Source: Oikopleura dioica (taxonomy: Eukaryota > Animalia > Chordata). Taken from it: 64,000 bases of DNA. This document shows positions 24,428-37,678 of this stretch, piece by piece (position 1 is the stretch's first letter; each line of letters begins with the position of its first letter). Where the stretch lies: contig OU015569.1 in the NCBI GenBank assembly GCA_907165135.1, forward strand, positions 12,028,001-12,092,000, written 5' to 3'. Made by a program: the position numbers and the translations under genes. The notes under the pieces are model-generated. The model saw nothing but the letters and a program-made list of their open reading frames with translations. It was not told the origin of the DNA and ran no database searches.

Positions 24428-27400
24428 AGCGGCGTAACGCAGCGATGGCAAAGTCATTTAATAGTTCACTCTTATTTTAACCATTGATGAATAAATAAAC
24501 ATAACGCGAGTTTGGACGTATCTCCTGCACCTCTTCTTTCGCTTCAATTCCAAATTCCAATAATTCATAATTCAATTTAATTTTCGCTTTTTCGAAACTA
24601 AAAGGATCGAGGAGTCACGTGCCCAAAAACGGATGATCCTTTCCTAATCCGTGACAATGACATTCACAAGCTCACTTGCTTTTTCCTCGTAAGGGAATGT
24701 ACCAAACGAGGTGAAAAAACAGCTTACTTTTTCACTTCTGGCAGATTTTGTTAAATTTGATTGCAGCGCAATTTCCGAAGAAAAAAGACAATTTTCAAGT
24801 GAACAGCAAAATAAAATTAGTTTGGTAAAAAGAAAAACAAAATGAGAAGAACCAAAACTTATTACAGACCGTCTGATTTTTCAAATGATTCAATTGGGGC
24901 TCGAAAACCTGTCTAGAAAACCTGAGTCAGGGTCTGAAAGCGGCTTCCTTTATAGAAAGATCTTCTCAGACCTTGACTCAGAAAACCTGTGTAAAAAACC
25001 TGAGTAAGGGTCTGACAGTTCTTTCTTAAAAAGAAGCCGGTTTCAGACCCTGACTCAGGTTTTCTACACAGGTTCCCTAGATCAGTGTTTTTAACATAGC
25101 CGCAAATATTACCATTAGAATATTTTGCGGCTTCGTTTGAAAAAGCCGCTACGCTGCTTTTCGTTTCAGAACCTGACTCAGGTTTTCTACACAGGTTTCC
25201 GAGTCTAGCTAAAAGAAGATATTTTCTGTCAAGAATAGTGACCTCGGCGGTAGAGAAATGACGGCTTTATTTTTTATTTAATTAAATCTAAACTCTCAAT
25301 TTTCTGGTTTTTGGGCGATAAGTTTGAAATACAAATAATTTTGGAGGATTAAAATCTGTTTTTGTTTTGTCAATCAACAGCGATTTTCGAGAGTTTCTTT
25401 TTCGAAAAAGCAAAAAATTTTCAATTTTGAAAATTCGATCGAGCTAGCGGCGTGGCGAGTTAATCCCGCGTTGTACCACGTCCCTTTTTTCGGCTCTGGA
25501 AATTGAGGAAAAACGAACGCGAAAGATAATTTACTTTTTGTGTAAGGGGCTTTTAATCCCATTCGCGCGTGTCTAGTTCCGCCGAATCGAGGATTATGGT
25601 AAAAATACACTTATGGTGAATGAATTCGAAGTTTTTACAATTTTCGTCTTTTCTAAAATCTCGAGTCCTTCAAATTGTGTTCCAAGCATAAACAGACAAA
25701 TTGAGCCCGAAGAATTCTGCTTCAGTTGTTTTTTAAGGGGGTAGACACCAAGAATCGCGACTTTTTGTGTCTTTTCTCTGAAAATTTTAGTTATCGTAGT
25801 GACACCCTTATTTCATTTCACCAAAAGGCCGTATCCTTTATTCAGTGCTTATGAAGGCTGGGATTGGCACCCTGTGTGGAAAACCTGAGTCAGGGACCTG
25901 AAAAATCCTTGTTAAAATTGCCTAGAACAAATTCAGAACCCTGACTCAGGTTCTCTACACAGGTTACCAACCCCAGCCTTTATAAGCACTGGATAAAGAA
26001 TAGAGCCTTTTGGTGAAATAAAATAAGGGTGTCACTACAATAACTTAAATTTTTAAAGAAATGGCTGCTAAATCTAGTATTCAGGCACTGGGCAAAGGGT
26101 TGAGCTTTCTTTTGGCGAAAAAATAAGGGCGTCAATTCGATAAATTTTGAAATGATGAAAGAAAGTAAAAAATGGCGATTCAAGATGTCTTCTACCGAGT
26201 TTTGAAGGTGCCGCAAGATGATATTACGCGAAGGGTTAGGACAAGTCGCGCGCACTTGATTTAACTGATTATGAAAATCAAGAAGCCGTCGCAATTCAAA
26301 CTTCTTAGAATGACGAGAGTTTCGAATTGATTAGAATACATCTTTTGTTGCTCCAAACTACTTTCTATTTTCTATTCAGCTCTAAAATTCAAAAAAGAAC
26401 ACTATCTTGCCTCTTGATTGGCCTGATCATCCCTTCTTATTTTCGATCAATCAGCGAGCTTGATCAAGATGGAAAAAGTTGTTATCTTTCGGAACAATTG
26501 TTGATTTTCGATTTATTTTATTTGACATAATTTCAAAAACTATTTTTAAAAAGAAAAATCTGAAATATTTCGCGGAATTGCTTTCACTCTAAATAACCAC
26601 CGTGGTCGATTTATGCCTGGACTAAGAGGTTATCGACCTTAATTTCGACCCCTGTTTAGTGTATCGCAAAATATAGCAGTTTCAAAACATAAAATTCGAT
26701 GTTACTCAATTCGTGTTTACAGCTATAATCAACTTTTAAATTTCAAGCGTGCCTCAATTTTTAGACTCCGCTTTTTCATAAATTTTGCAAGAAAAAAAAC
26801 TTCTAAATGCTTATTGAGAATAATCCCTGCCTCCGAGAAATAGCAATAGTTAGCTAAAACGCAAGAATAAAGTTTAGATTTGAAAATGTAAGTTTTTAAA
26901 CTTTCGCGTCTTGCAAAGTGAGTTAACACTGGTTCTGTTTATGTCTGATTCTTCTTTGCCAGGTGCGCCAATTTTTTGATAAGCGGAGAAAATCGACAGC
27001 GATAGAAGCAGAAAAACCTCGATTTCGCGCGTACTTACTTTACTTCCCCAGAATTTTCCGCCGATTTTCGGTGAATTTTGCTGGATTTTTGGACTGAACC
27101 AACTTTTGGAAATGAATTTTCGGATAACCAATAAGATTGCTGTATTTGGCCTACCGGCCAATCAAAACCTTTTCCATAAAAATCTGTTCCGAAAATTGGT
27201 TCTACCCGATTTTTCGGGTTGGTGTCAGGAACCGACAAAAAATTTCGACAAATTTTGCGTGGGCGGCTACTCGTCTGCTGATTGGCCGGTTAGCCGAATA
27301 CACCTGTTTTATTGGTTGAAAATTTTCACGCAAAATTTGTCGAAATTTTTTGTCGGTTCCAGACACCAACCCATTTTTCTTCAAGAAAATCTTCCAAGAA

Positions 27401-27748
27401 GGAAGTGGTAACTAAACGTGACAGTGAGTTATTAAACGAGTGTTTTAGTCGTTGTCCATTCGGCTTTAGAAAAGAGGGCTCAAGTAGGTCTGCTAACCTC
27501 AAGGCTGCCCTTGCACGTGTTCCTGTCAATCAGAGGGATAATTTCGCTTTCACTCGGATGTGGCAACACTTTGTCCGCGCAGCAGCAGATAAAGCGCGCA
27601 CCAGATTGTTACTTTGTAAGACTTGGTTTCCTGACTCCAAACAGTTCTAAAAAGCGATTCTTCAATGCTTCATTCGCCATCTCAAGAATAGAAAGGGAAA
27701 ACTTGGTTTACAAGGAGTCTGTCATTTCTCATAGAATCTCGTCTCGGG

Positions 27749-28159
27749 AAAATGTGTAGAAAACCTGAGTCAGGGTCTGAAAGCGGCTTTGTTTATAGAA
27801 AGATCTTTTCGAATCCTGACTCAGGAAACCTGTATAGAAAAGCTGAATCAGGCTCTGAAAGCGGCCTCTTTAGGTGAACGATCTTTCACGCCCTGACTCA
27901 GGAAACCTGTGTAGAAAACCTGACTCAGGGTCTGAAAGCGTCTCTTATCACAGAAAGAACTTTTAGACCCTGACTCAGCCAATCTGTGTAGAAAAACTGA
28001 GTCAGGGTCTTAAAGCGTCTTCTTTTATAGAAAGAACTTTCAGAGCCTGACTCAGGTTTTCTACACAGGTTTCCTGAGTCAGGGTCTGAAAGATCTTTCT
28101 ATAAAAGAAGCCGCTTTCAGACCCTGACTCAGGTTTTCTACACAGGTTTTCGAGACCAG
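27749..28159. repeat. Head-to-tail array of ~76-bp family-A units (4 direct, 1 inverted)
   Basis: Repeating GAAACCTGTGTAGAAAACCTGAGTCAGGGTCTGAAAGCG...GACCCTGACTCAG; 2-unit arrays also at 15630-15800 and 24897-25080. Confidence 0.8.
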
Positions 28160-28249
28160 CTCTAAGCGAGGAAGAAAGGAGACCACAAGGCAAATATCAA
28201 GAAGAAAAATTCTGAAACTTTATTTTCTGCAAATCTGAATTTGCAAAAA

Positions 28250-29836
28250 ATGATCTTGAAGCTTCTATTTTTGTTTCTGCAAGTTGCTGTTGGCACAGAT
28301 CTCCAGAAAGATCTGAGAGAATGCCCGTAAAGTGGATATTTTCTTATCATTTCTTATCAAGAATTTAGAGATCAAGATTTGGCAGAGATTTGCAATGGCC
28401 AGTGCGGACAGAAATTTGTCGAGTGCAGGGAAGCATGTACTGATTCTATTTGCGAGTCTGAGTGTCTCGCTTCATTTTCAGGTTTTTGTTTTTTGTTTCT
28501 GTTTTTCCCCGGAATTTTAGCTTGCATTGATTCATGTCCTTGTTATCGAGATTGTCCTGAAGGCTGCTTTGATTGTGAGCATCCTTTGTGCTTTTGCAAG
28601 GATCCGGAAATTACTAATCCTACATACAAGCAATGCATCGAAGAGGCGGGGCGTGAATTGAAAGATTGCGTAGTCAATTGTGTGGCAAATAAAGACTGCT
28701 TTGACCTTTGCTATGGAAATTTTACGGTCGCCTCGGAACGATGCCCTTGCATGGCTGAATGTCCTGGCGGATGTCCCTGTGAAAATGGATACAATTGCCA
28801 ACCGTTCATTTTGGCTCTGGGTGAATGGCGAGATCACAGAATCAGCTATGTAATTTCTTCGGATGGCCATTTTATTGAAAATCGACATTTCGATATTCCA
28901 GATGGCGATGGAACGTACTCATATCTAGAATCTGCTGGCTTCTCGATTCTCAATGGCGAAGTGTACATTTTCGGGGAAAATTTTCTGATAAAAAGTAAAT
29001 GAAAGGATATTTGAATTCAATCTAATTTTCTTAAGATCGCGAAACTTAATTCGTGCTCGATTGAACAGTTGTCGATCGAACTTCTGGATGGGTATCGTTC
29101 CTACAGAGGAGATTTAGTGCTCGTTGATACCTCGCCTAATGAAGTTTTTCTCTGTTTTGCGTCAGGTTCTTATACGAAATGTGAAGATTTTGATGGTGAA
29201 CGATCCAAGGACAATCCCTTTCTATCAAATTATCCACATAACCACGGGAGCATGTGTTTGCACAATCGTGCACCAACAGCTATTGGTGGAGGAAATGACT
29301 CTGACCGGTATTCAAAGAAAACGGAAACTCTTGGTCTTGGAGGATGGACGGTTATTGAAGATTTTCCAAAAAAAGTTAACTGGGTGGGTTGCATGACAAT
29401 CAATGATGATCTTATAACAGTTGGCGGTCGAACTCTTGTAAATGACGAGATAATTTATCTCAATGACGTTTATGTTTTGAAAAATCAGAAGTGGTTTACT
29501 GCTGGAAAGCTCAAAGAGGCAAAATCATGCTACTTGAATTATTCGCATAACAAAAATTAAGGTTACTATGCTTAATGCTTTGATTCATTTCGGTGACTAT
29601 TTCTTTTCCTTTAGTGGCAACATCAGGTAGAGTATTGATATATTACGTGGATCCCATTTAAACGAGATAAGTCCGTTTGCAGTTGAAAAGGCTTTTGGAA
29701 TGGTACTCATGTGACATCATCAGAAGTTCTGAACTATCATCAGCAAATAATTGACAAACCGATTGTAATGGAAGTGATGCCTGACTATTGCACCGAAACG
29801 TGTGAGAACTACTGTTTCCCTGAGTACTCTCCTTGA
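28250..29836 (+). CDS. Secreted Cys-rich repeat + kelch-like beta-propeller protein, ~6 exons
   Basis: Signal MILKLLFLFLQVAVG, CxxxC-rich repeats (CIDSCPCYRDCPEGC; CPCMAECPGGCPC), kelch-like GG/W blades (PTAIGGG..KTETL..GGW; ITVGGR..KNQKW), end PIVMEVMPDYC. One GC-AG intron (29519). Needs homopolymer corrections near 28973 and 29693. Confidence 0.8.
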
Positions 29837-31235
29837 ATACAGAGTTCAAATAAACAAAATATTTCCATTTATGAGGCCAGCTTGGGGTTTTTCCTAAATA
29901 AAGCTTGGTTTTATTCATAAATCTCGAATTCCGTCTATTCCGAAATAGCATCTCTGCTAGTTTAAAATGGGTCCACGTCAGGGGATGCGGGGCGAACATA
30001 ACCTCCCTGAATTTACATTTTAAAGGGGCGCGCAGAATGCGTTTGTAGAAAACATTCCTGCATTGCGACATGAGGCAATAAGCATTTCCATCAATCGACA
30101 CGATTATTAGAGCATTTGAGAGTCAACTAGAGGCGTCAGAAGTGTTTTATTCAAAATGAAAGCAAGGGAAAAATTTGAAGAAAAGTCAAAGCGTCAAACT
30201 GAAGATTTGCGGAATCGCGAAAACGTAGAAATACGCAAGATTCTTACAGTTAAGCAGTCAGCACCGTTTTTCGTGTTTACAAGGCGAAAATCCGCTGTTC
30301 ACCTCCGAAAAACGTACTGCGACTTATACCCACTAGAAATGTAATTTTTCACGCTACAAGTCAGCGTCACTTGAGCATTAATTCCACAAAAAAAGAGGAA
30401 TTAATGTGAATTCATAATTCTGTCTGATGACGCAGGGAGTCAAAACGATTCACCGGATTTTTAAGGGTGTCAACCACGAAAATTTGGCTTTTCGAATGAG
30501 ATTCCTGGCATATTTCTTTACCTAGGGTAATTCTAAGGTTAGTAGGATAAATGTCAAACCCTAACCCTAAAATATTCTGAGGCAAATTTAAGATCGTGAC
30601 ACCCTTAGTCTTGTGATATCTTATCAAGTTTATCAATGCTAAATTTTCACTTGCCTTATTTTGTTGTAAATTTGGCATTAATAAACTTGATTAGATATAA
30701 CAAAACTAAGGGCGTCACGATCTTAAAAAGAAAAATATTTATTTCCCTGGAATTTTGGACAAAATATTTCACATTTAGTACCAGAATTTCCGCTCAAGTT
30801 TCTTAACATTTTTGCCAAGTGAGAGGAGTTTGAAAATAAAACTTATTTTTGAAAACAAAAATTTTTAGAAATTGAAGATTTTGACTTTCAAGGAAATTTA
30901 AATAAGGTAAAATTACTTGAAGATAAGGGTGTCACAATGTTAAAAATTCCGTTTCGAGCAAATTTGGCGGCGGCGTCATAAAACGAGCAAGTGCCGTGAC
31001 AGTTGGAATCCGCGGCGGTGGAAATAATGGGCAGTTACGTGTTTCTTTCCTGATTGAATTGGCTTCTTCAAAACTGACTAAGAAAATATTTTCACTTTGT
31101 ATTCAATAGCACGCTCGTGGAGCCAAATCTCCTGCATGTTTAGATACGCTTCCAGGAAACGAAAACGTAGTTACCGATTTTTTATTCATTTTCAATGAAA
31201 ATCGCAGAAGAATAATCAAAAGATTGAGTGAAAAG

Positions 31236-31925
31236 ACTGGGGGAAGGGATTGTTTATTTGCATTTTCTGGTTCATCAAGCGTGCGAAATTCTAGCTGCTC
31301 AGGAAACCGTGAATTCTTGCTTAAAAATTAGCTTCTGTGGGGATTTTTTAAGAAACTAAAATGAAACAAAACGACCTACAGAGATTCAACCCTCGAAATC
31401 GTTCTTATGTGAAAGAAGCCAAAAATCGTACTGCTCTGTCAATTTGAATTATATATGAGGTCTCATAATGAAACTAAAATGAAACAACACAATTCATATA
31501 TGCTACTACTGTTCCCTGATTGCCCAACTCTAAATAAATGAGAAAAAATTGCTCTGTGAATTTAAATAAATTAAATTTTTTCAGACCAATCATATGAGAA
31601 ATTTTTGTTGAAATTTTCTAGCAAAAATCATCAAATATTTATTGATCACACTCAAAATTTAGAGATCAAGAATCGTGGAAAAAATCTCGACCACCACCCC
31701 CGAGAGTAAACTGCCGCTTTTTGATAAGGAAGCAAAAGCAAATCATATTGCTTAGTTGTCTCAATTTGTTATTGAAATTTGTTTATCAAATTGTTGCATC
31801 AAAAGATATACTTTCGTGAAAAAGGGAAGGAATTGTATATTTGCATTTTCTGGTTCATCAAGCGTGCGAAATTCTAGCTGCTCAAGAAACCGTGAATTCT
31901 TGCTTGAAAATAAGCTTCTGTGGGA
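31236..31925 (+). CDS. Two tandem copies of a ~100-nt exon-like segment (31236-31345, 31825-31925)
   Basis: Both read EGIVYLHFLVHQACEILAAQETVNSCLKISFCG; the five substitutions in that stretch are all synonymous in this frame. Confidence 0.4.
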
Positions 31926-34575
31926 ATTTTTTAATAGATGCTAAAATGAAACAAGAAGCCAAGAAAATTGCCAAGGCCTTGACGGTGGTTATATATGAAT
32001 AAAGTCTAAAAACCTTACTGCAACTGTATGTGAATTTTTAATAAAAAATTTCTTTCAGATAACTGAAAATTTTAGCAATAAATTTATTAGTTCTTTTGAA
32101 AATCAGGGCAAAGAAAAAGTTGATATTGTAAACAGGCGCCATTTGAAAGAGGAAGGAAAAGTAAATCTTAGTCCCAAGTCCGGGGCGTGTGGATAAACTT
32201 AGCGCGAGTAATTGCATCACCGGCGCTCTAAAAATAAAGGGGATTTCCATATTAAACGCGTGCCGACTCTGCAACACCCATTTAAAGACTCGCTTTTTGT
32301 GAACACAAGGAGGGGCAGCGTCTTTTTTTGACGGAGGGTTGAAAAGCTCGCGCCGAGCGGCGTTTTCACAACTCCAGCTTGTGGTTGCTTTAGCCAGCAG
32401 ATTCCATGGACTCGTGGACAGCCCAAGCGCTTTCTTACTGTAGCCCAGAAGGGGGCTTCTTACGAAAACGCAAAAACATTAATTCTCATTTTTTATTAAT
32501 TCTCATTTTTATTAATTCTAAATTGCCGTCCGTTACAAACTTATCGGGTTAGATTTTTTGAATTCGAATTAATTGGTTTTTCTACAAAAACTTAACATAG
32601 TGATGCCCTTATTTTTCTGCTGATAAATAGATAAATAAATTAATAACATGACACCCTTATTTATTTTAAAATTGATTTTTTGAATTCGAATTATTTTGAC
32701 TTTTCTACAAAAACTTAACATAGTGATACCCTTATTTTTGCTATAAAAATAATGAAAAATAAAATTTATCATCTACGATTTAGCTAAGAAACCTGAGTCA
32801 GGCATCTAAAAAAGCCCTAAAAAGCAGTTGAAAAACTACTTCTTTTAATTACTACTGTTTTAGGTTCCTGACTCAGGTTTCTCAGTCGAATTGTCGATAA
32901 GTAATTTTTTATTTATTTTCGACAGCAGAAAAATAAGGGTATCAATATGTAAAGTTTGTAGAAAAGTCAAATTAATTCGAATTCAAAATATAAATTTTTG
33001 AATCAATAAGGGTGTCAATCTCCAAATTTTTGGGTAAAAAGTATGAACTTAAATCACGACTCTATTAGTCGCAGATCCAAAATCGACCTTTTTTAGAAAA
33101 TTTTAAAAAGGCCTCTCCAAAGTGTCTAAAAAGAATGCTAGCTTTGAGTTGTGTAGAAACTTTAACGAGGGGATCGCTACGCGCCCAGCCCCGGCGAAAA
33201 TATTTTAAAGACACCTTTTTTCTTCTCACGTTTTTTTGTCTTAGCTTTGTTTCAGATCAATGAATTACTCGCATTCACAAATGTAATAAAATAAATCACT
33301 TTTTCTTTGGTTGCACAATTTTCGAATTATTTTTCAATAAAAAATTATATCAAATGAATCAAAGTAATTTCTTTTTATTAATAATAAATAATATTGAAAT
33401 AATTAATTAATAAAATAAAAAATATTTAAAAAACGATAATAAATATGAAAATAAATAATATTAATTCATGTTTAATTAAAAATTATTATTAAATAATTTA
33501 AAAATATTTTTTTACAAAAGCCAATTAATTAAAAGAAAAATATTTTTTTATAAAAATAATTATTATTATTCATATTTAATAATATAATAATAAATAATTT
33601 AAATATGATATTTGAAATAGAATTTTTGCAGAAAATACGACCCGCGAAGAATCTCAAAAAGAAGCTGCCATTTTTCCCAATTTAAATATTTTATCTTCCG
33701 CAGTGGCGTTTTAAAAGTATAGCATCCTTGTTTCTGGCCACGTTGCCCTAGAATGCGTTGCGATTACGATTTTGGGACTTGTTGAAATTTAGAGCCTGGT
33801 GCTGTTGCTACTACATGGTTTTCGTGTAACTTCGATAAATAAAACGGTCGCCGCTAAAAAATGGAATAACCATTTTTTATTATCTTTTGCGTTTTAAATA
33901 TTTATTAAAGAAATAGAGACATTTCTGCTAATTCCTCAGCGGTCTTTTTTCGCCGCAAAGAAGGAGAAATATACGAGTTCCAATCTATACGAAATATTCA
34001 AAAGTATCAAAAATTAAAAAAATAGCTGAAGTTTTTTAGTTTTTTTCCAAGAAAAATTTCTATTTTTAAACTTATAGAAATTCGATAAAATTAATAAATT
34101 TAATTTAATAATTAATAAATAATTAATATAATAAATATTTAATAGTATATGAATTACATTTAAATTGTATAATCAATAAACAAAATATAAATATTATTTT
34201 CTGTTTCACTTTTAATTGTTAATAAATATGAAATTTTAGTCTATTTTATTCGGAGCCAAACTGCGCGAAACGAGGAAAAGTGAAAACACCATAAAGAGAA
34301 GCTGAGCAGATGCGGAAGGAGTTCAATTTTGCGGCAACTAATCGGAATGAAATTAATACTCTTATTATTCTTGTCGTTCTTTTAAAAGAATCTTTTTGGA
34401 CGATCTCATCAAATAGTTGAGCACAAGTCTACTGATCTAGATCAAACATTCCTACTAACATTAATTGCATCAAATATTAAAATAAAGCTCTAAAAAGCTC
34501 CCCAGGATCCCAAAGATCTTTCAGTCCCTGACTCAGGTTTTCTACACAGGTTTCCGAGCCAAGGGTTTCTACAAA

Positions 34576-35161
34576 GACGTGCTTTTTTAAGGTTAAGCAA
34601 GTTATTTCTCTTCGTACTTCTTTCTAGACCGGGAACATCATACATATTTGGAATCAGCAGGAAATTTTAAGAACTTTGACCGTTTTAGTTTCCAAAATTT
34701 CCACTTCCGGTCCGATTCTAGAGCCGGAAGTTAACGAAATTTTTGAGTTTGGGCAACTTGTGACCTATCAAATTGATGCTCAGAAGATTTTGATTCATCT
34801 CATCTAAAAATCATCCAAAAACCATCCCAATCGCGGTCAAACCGACCGGCAAAACTAGGAAAAAGGCATAAATTTGTGATTTTTCTTTACGCTTTCAGCG
34901 CTTGATTTGACCGCGGTCGACATTGATTCTTCTCTCAGATGATAGGAAATCTTCTGAGAATCAATTTGATAGGTCACAAGTTGCCTAAACTTAAAAATTT
35001 CACTAACTTCCGGCTCTAGAATCGGACCGGAAGTGGAAATTTTCGAAACTAAAACGGTCAAAGTTCTTAAAATTTTCTGCTGATTCCAAATATGTATGGT
35101 GTTCCAGGTCTAGAAAGAGGTACGAAGAGAAATAACTTGCTTAACCTTAAAAAAGCACGTC
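34576..35161. mobile_element. Foldback element with ~230-bp TIRs
   Basis: GACGTGCTTTTTTAAGG...CCTTAAAAAAGCACGTC, arms alignable throughout; AAA on both flanks. Confidence 0.8.
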
Positions 35162-36198
35162 AAAGGCTTTTTCAAGTGAAGGTCTTTAATCGAGATCACT
35201 TCTATTCCGACCGCGTTTTAAAAACATATCCCAACTAAAACTTATCGTCTTTTTCGTGTTAAAAACACACTAATCTTCCGTGTTTTAATTGTATTTGCCC
35301 GGGTGTAACATGAAATCGGAGCTGAATAGTCGCTTTACGTAGTCTTTTAAGAGCTATTAACGGATCAATTGAATTAGACGCTTCCCCGTAAGGCGACCCC
35401 AGCGCTATTTACAGGCAGATACAGTTGCTTGTCACACTCACTTACAGTCATTACAGTCAGAAAACAAGAACCAAGACATGAAAAAATAAGTGTTTGGAGC
35501 AAAAGAAAAGCTGCGAAATCGAAGAAGCGCGAATCCTGTAACTGAATCCAATTAATATTATCTAAAAGATACACAGACACATCCGCTCGTGCCTCTGTAG
35601 TTTTTCGCACTTGCGCAACTTTACAGCCAAAATAGCAATTCAACTCGTGCCACGCGCTGTTCAATGAATTTATTCTTCTCAGCTGACTCGAAGATTTCAT
35701 CAAAAAATAATGAGTCAAGTGAACTTTTCGTCCAAAAGCTCTAGTTCTCGTTTTTTTGCCTCTTTAAAGAAAACCTGAGTCAGGGTAAAGTGATGTAATA
35801 AAAGCCGCGTAGCGGCTTTTCAGAAAACAAAGCCGCAAAGCTCCTTAACAACTACCAATTAAATCATCCTTTTGATTTCTTTTCAGAGAAAGATTTTTAT
35901 TTTGATGTTTATTTCTTTATAAAAATGATCAAATCGCGATTCACGACTGATCTTTTTATTAGACAAGAATCCAAAAGAAAGCGCAAAGTTTCGGCCGAAT
36001 TTCATCAAAGTAATAAGCGATAAAAAAAGCGGCCGAGAGCAATAAAATCTAGATCCCGGAATTATAAAAGGGGATCGGATTAAGAAAAGAGCCAACAGAG
36101 AAATTTTTCATTTTAAATGTGACACCTACTTCACTCGGATGTTGACTATTTATGTGATTTCTTGCTAATAAATGATATCCAAAAAGGTCGAATTCGCG

Positions 36199-37678
36199 TT
36201 CAAAATTATGCAAGTTAAAAAATTGCTGTTATCATTGTGTTTTGATTCTGGTTTAATTTAACCCGCGCGGCGGCGACTAAAACGAACCTCACTCGGAAGA
36301 AGCTGCTTTGCTGAGTGCGCAAAATATACTCGAAAATTTCCGCTGTTGATTCTTCCTCGCCCAAAATCCGAAAATGAAGCTGGCCAGGGAAAAGTATTTT
36401 TCGTCCCTGACTCAGTCCCTGACTAAGGTTTTGTACACAGGCTGACTCCGCTAGCTTTGTTTTAAGGGTAATGGTATACATCGGCGCGGCGCTGCTCTCT
36501 CGATCCGCGCTCCGCCAGAACCTATTTCTCACGGAGCCGTAAAATCTGAACGGATAAAGATTTTTCAAAATTCAAAAGATTCTGAATAATTAAAGTCTTT
36601 TCTACTAACACAGCGAAATTGGAAATGATTGTCAAAGAAAAACTATCTGAAAATTGCCAGTTTCCTTCAAATGACATTTTCTTCGATATTACTCATCCAA
36701 AATTTTTGAAAATTATACTGTCTTGTAGAAAATCGTCAGCTCTACAAGTCCTGTTTTTCAGATTTTTGTTTGAAGATCTTTGGATTTTAATATGCGCCCT
36801 TGAAGTCAGCGCTGCGAGGTCGTGGCGTGAGAAATAGAGAGCGGAGAGGCGCGAGAAGAAGTAGCGCTCTTTACAAATTGCGATGTAAAATTTATAAAAG
36901 CTTCAAACAAAAATCTGAAAAACAGGATTTGTAGAGCATACAATTCTCTACAAGACAGTGTAATTTTCAAAAATTTTGGAGGAGAAATATCGAAGAAAAT
37001 GTCATTTGAAGGAAACTGGCAATTTTCAGATAGTTCCTCTTTGACAATCATTACAAATTTTGCTGTGCTAGTAGAAAAGACTTTAATTATTCAGAATCTT
37101 TTTGAATTTTGAAAAATTTTTATCCGTTAAGATTTTACGGCTCCGTGAGAAATAGGTTCTGGCGGAGCGCGGATCGAGAGAGCAGCGCCGCGCCGATGTA
37201 TACCATTACCCTTAAAATTTCAGGGTAGAGAACAGAGAGATTCTTGATGTTTGTCCGCTCTACTGTTCGCTTCATCTTTTCCAAAAAAGAAAAAACGGGC
37301 GGATCAAAAAGGCTGACGAATTAATGTGGTCGGCATTATTACATGTAATTCTGCTTTGCGCGTCAAGCAAACACATTTTCCGCGAATGCCAATTCTCCAA
37401 AAAGTAGCCAGATCTTCGAATTACTTGTTTTTTGCATTTTTCCAGTTTGACTAGATAGCTTTTCTAAAATGCAAAAAATACATTCCTTCGGGCAGCTTCA
37501 TTTTTGGCGGATTTTGGGCGAGGAAGAATCAACAGCGGAAATTTTCGAGTATATTTTGCGCACTCAGCAAAGTAGCTTCTTCCGAGCGAGGTTCATTTTA
37601 GTCGCCGCCGCGCGGGTTAAATTAAACCAAAATCAAAACACAATGATAACAGCATTTTTTAACTTGCATAATTTTGAA
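36199..37678. repeat. Outer inverted repeat (~185-bp arms 36199-36383 / 37488-37678) enclosing the 36462 element
   Basis: TTCAAAATTATGCAAGTTAAAAAA...CCAAAATCCG at left is mirrored by CGGATTTTGG...TTTTTTAACTTGCATAATTTTGAA at right. Confidence 0.85.
36462..37215. mobile_element. TTAA-bounded foldback element with ~315-bp TIRs
   Basis: TTAAGGGTAATGGTATACATCGGCGCGG...CCGCGCCGATGTATACCATTACCCTTAA; arms 36462-36777 / 36901-37215. Confidence 0.85.

Noticed and set aside
27370-27650. + strand ORF KEVVTKRDSELLNECF...
   Set aside because: Begins inside a MITE, no motif, competing frames equally plausible.
27749-28159. CRISPR-like regularly spaced palindromic repeats
   Set aside because: The spacers are homologous to each other, the unit is the dispersed family-A MITE, the context is eukaryotic and no cas genes are present.
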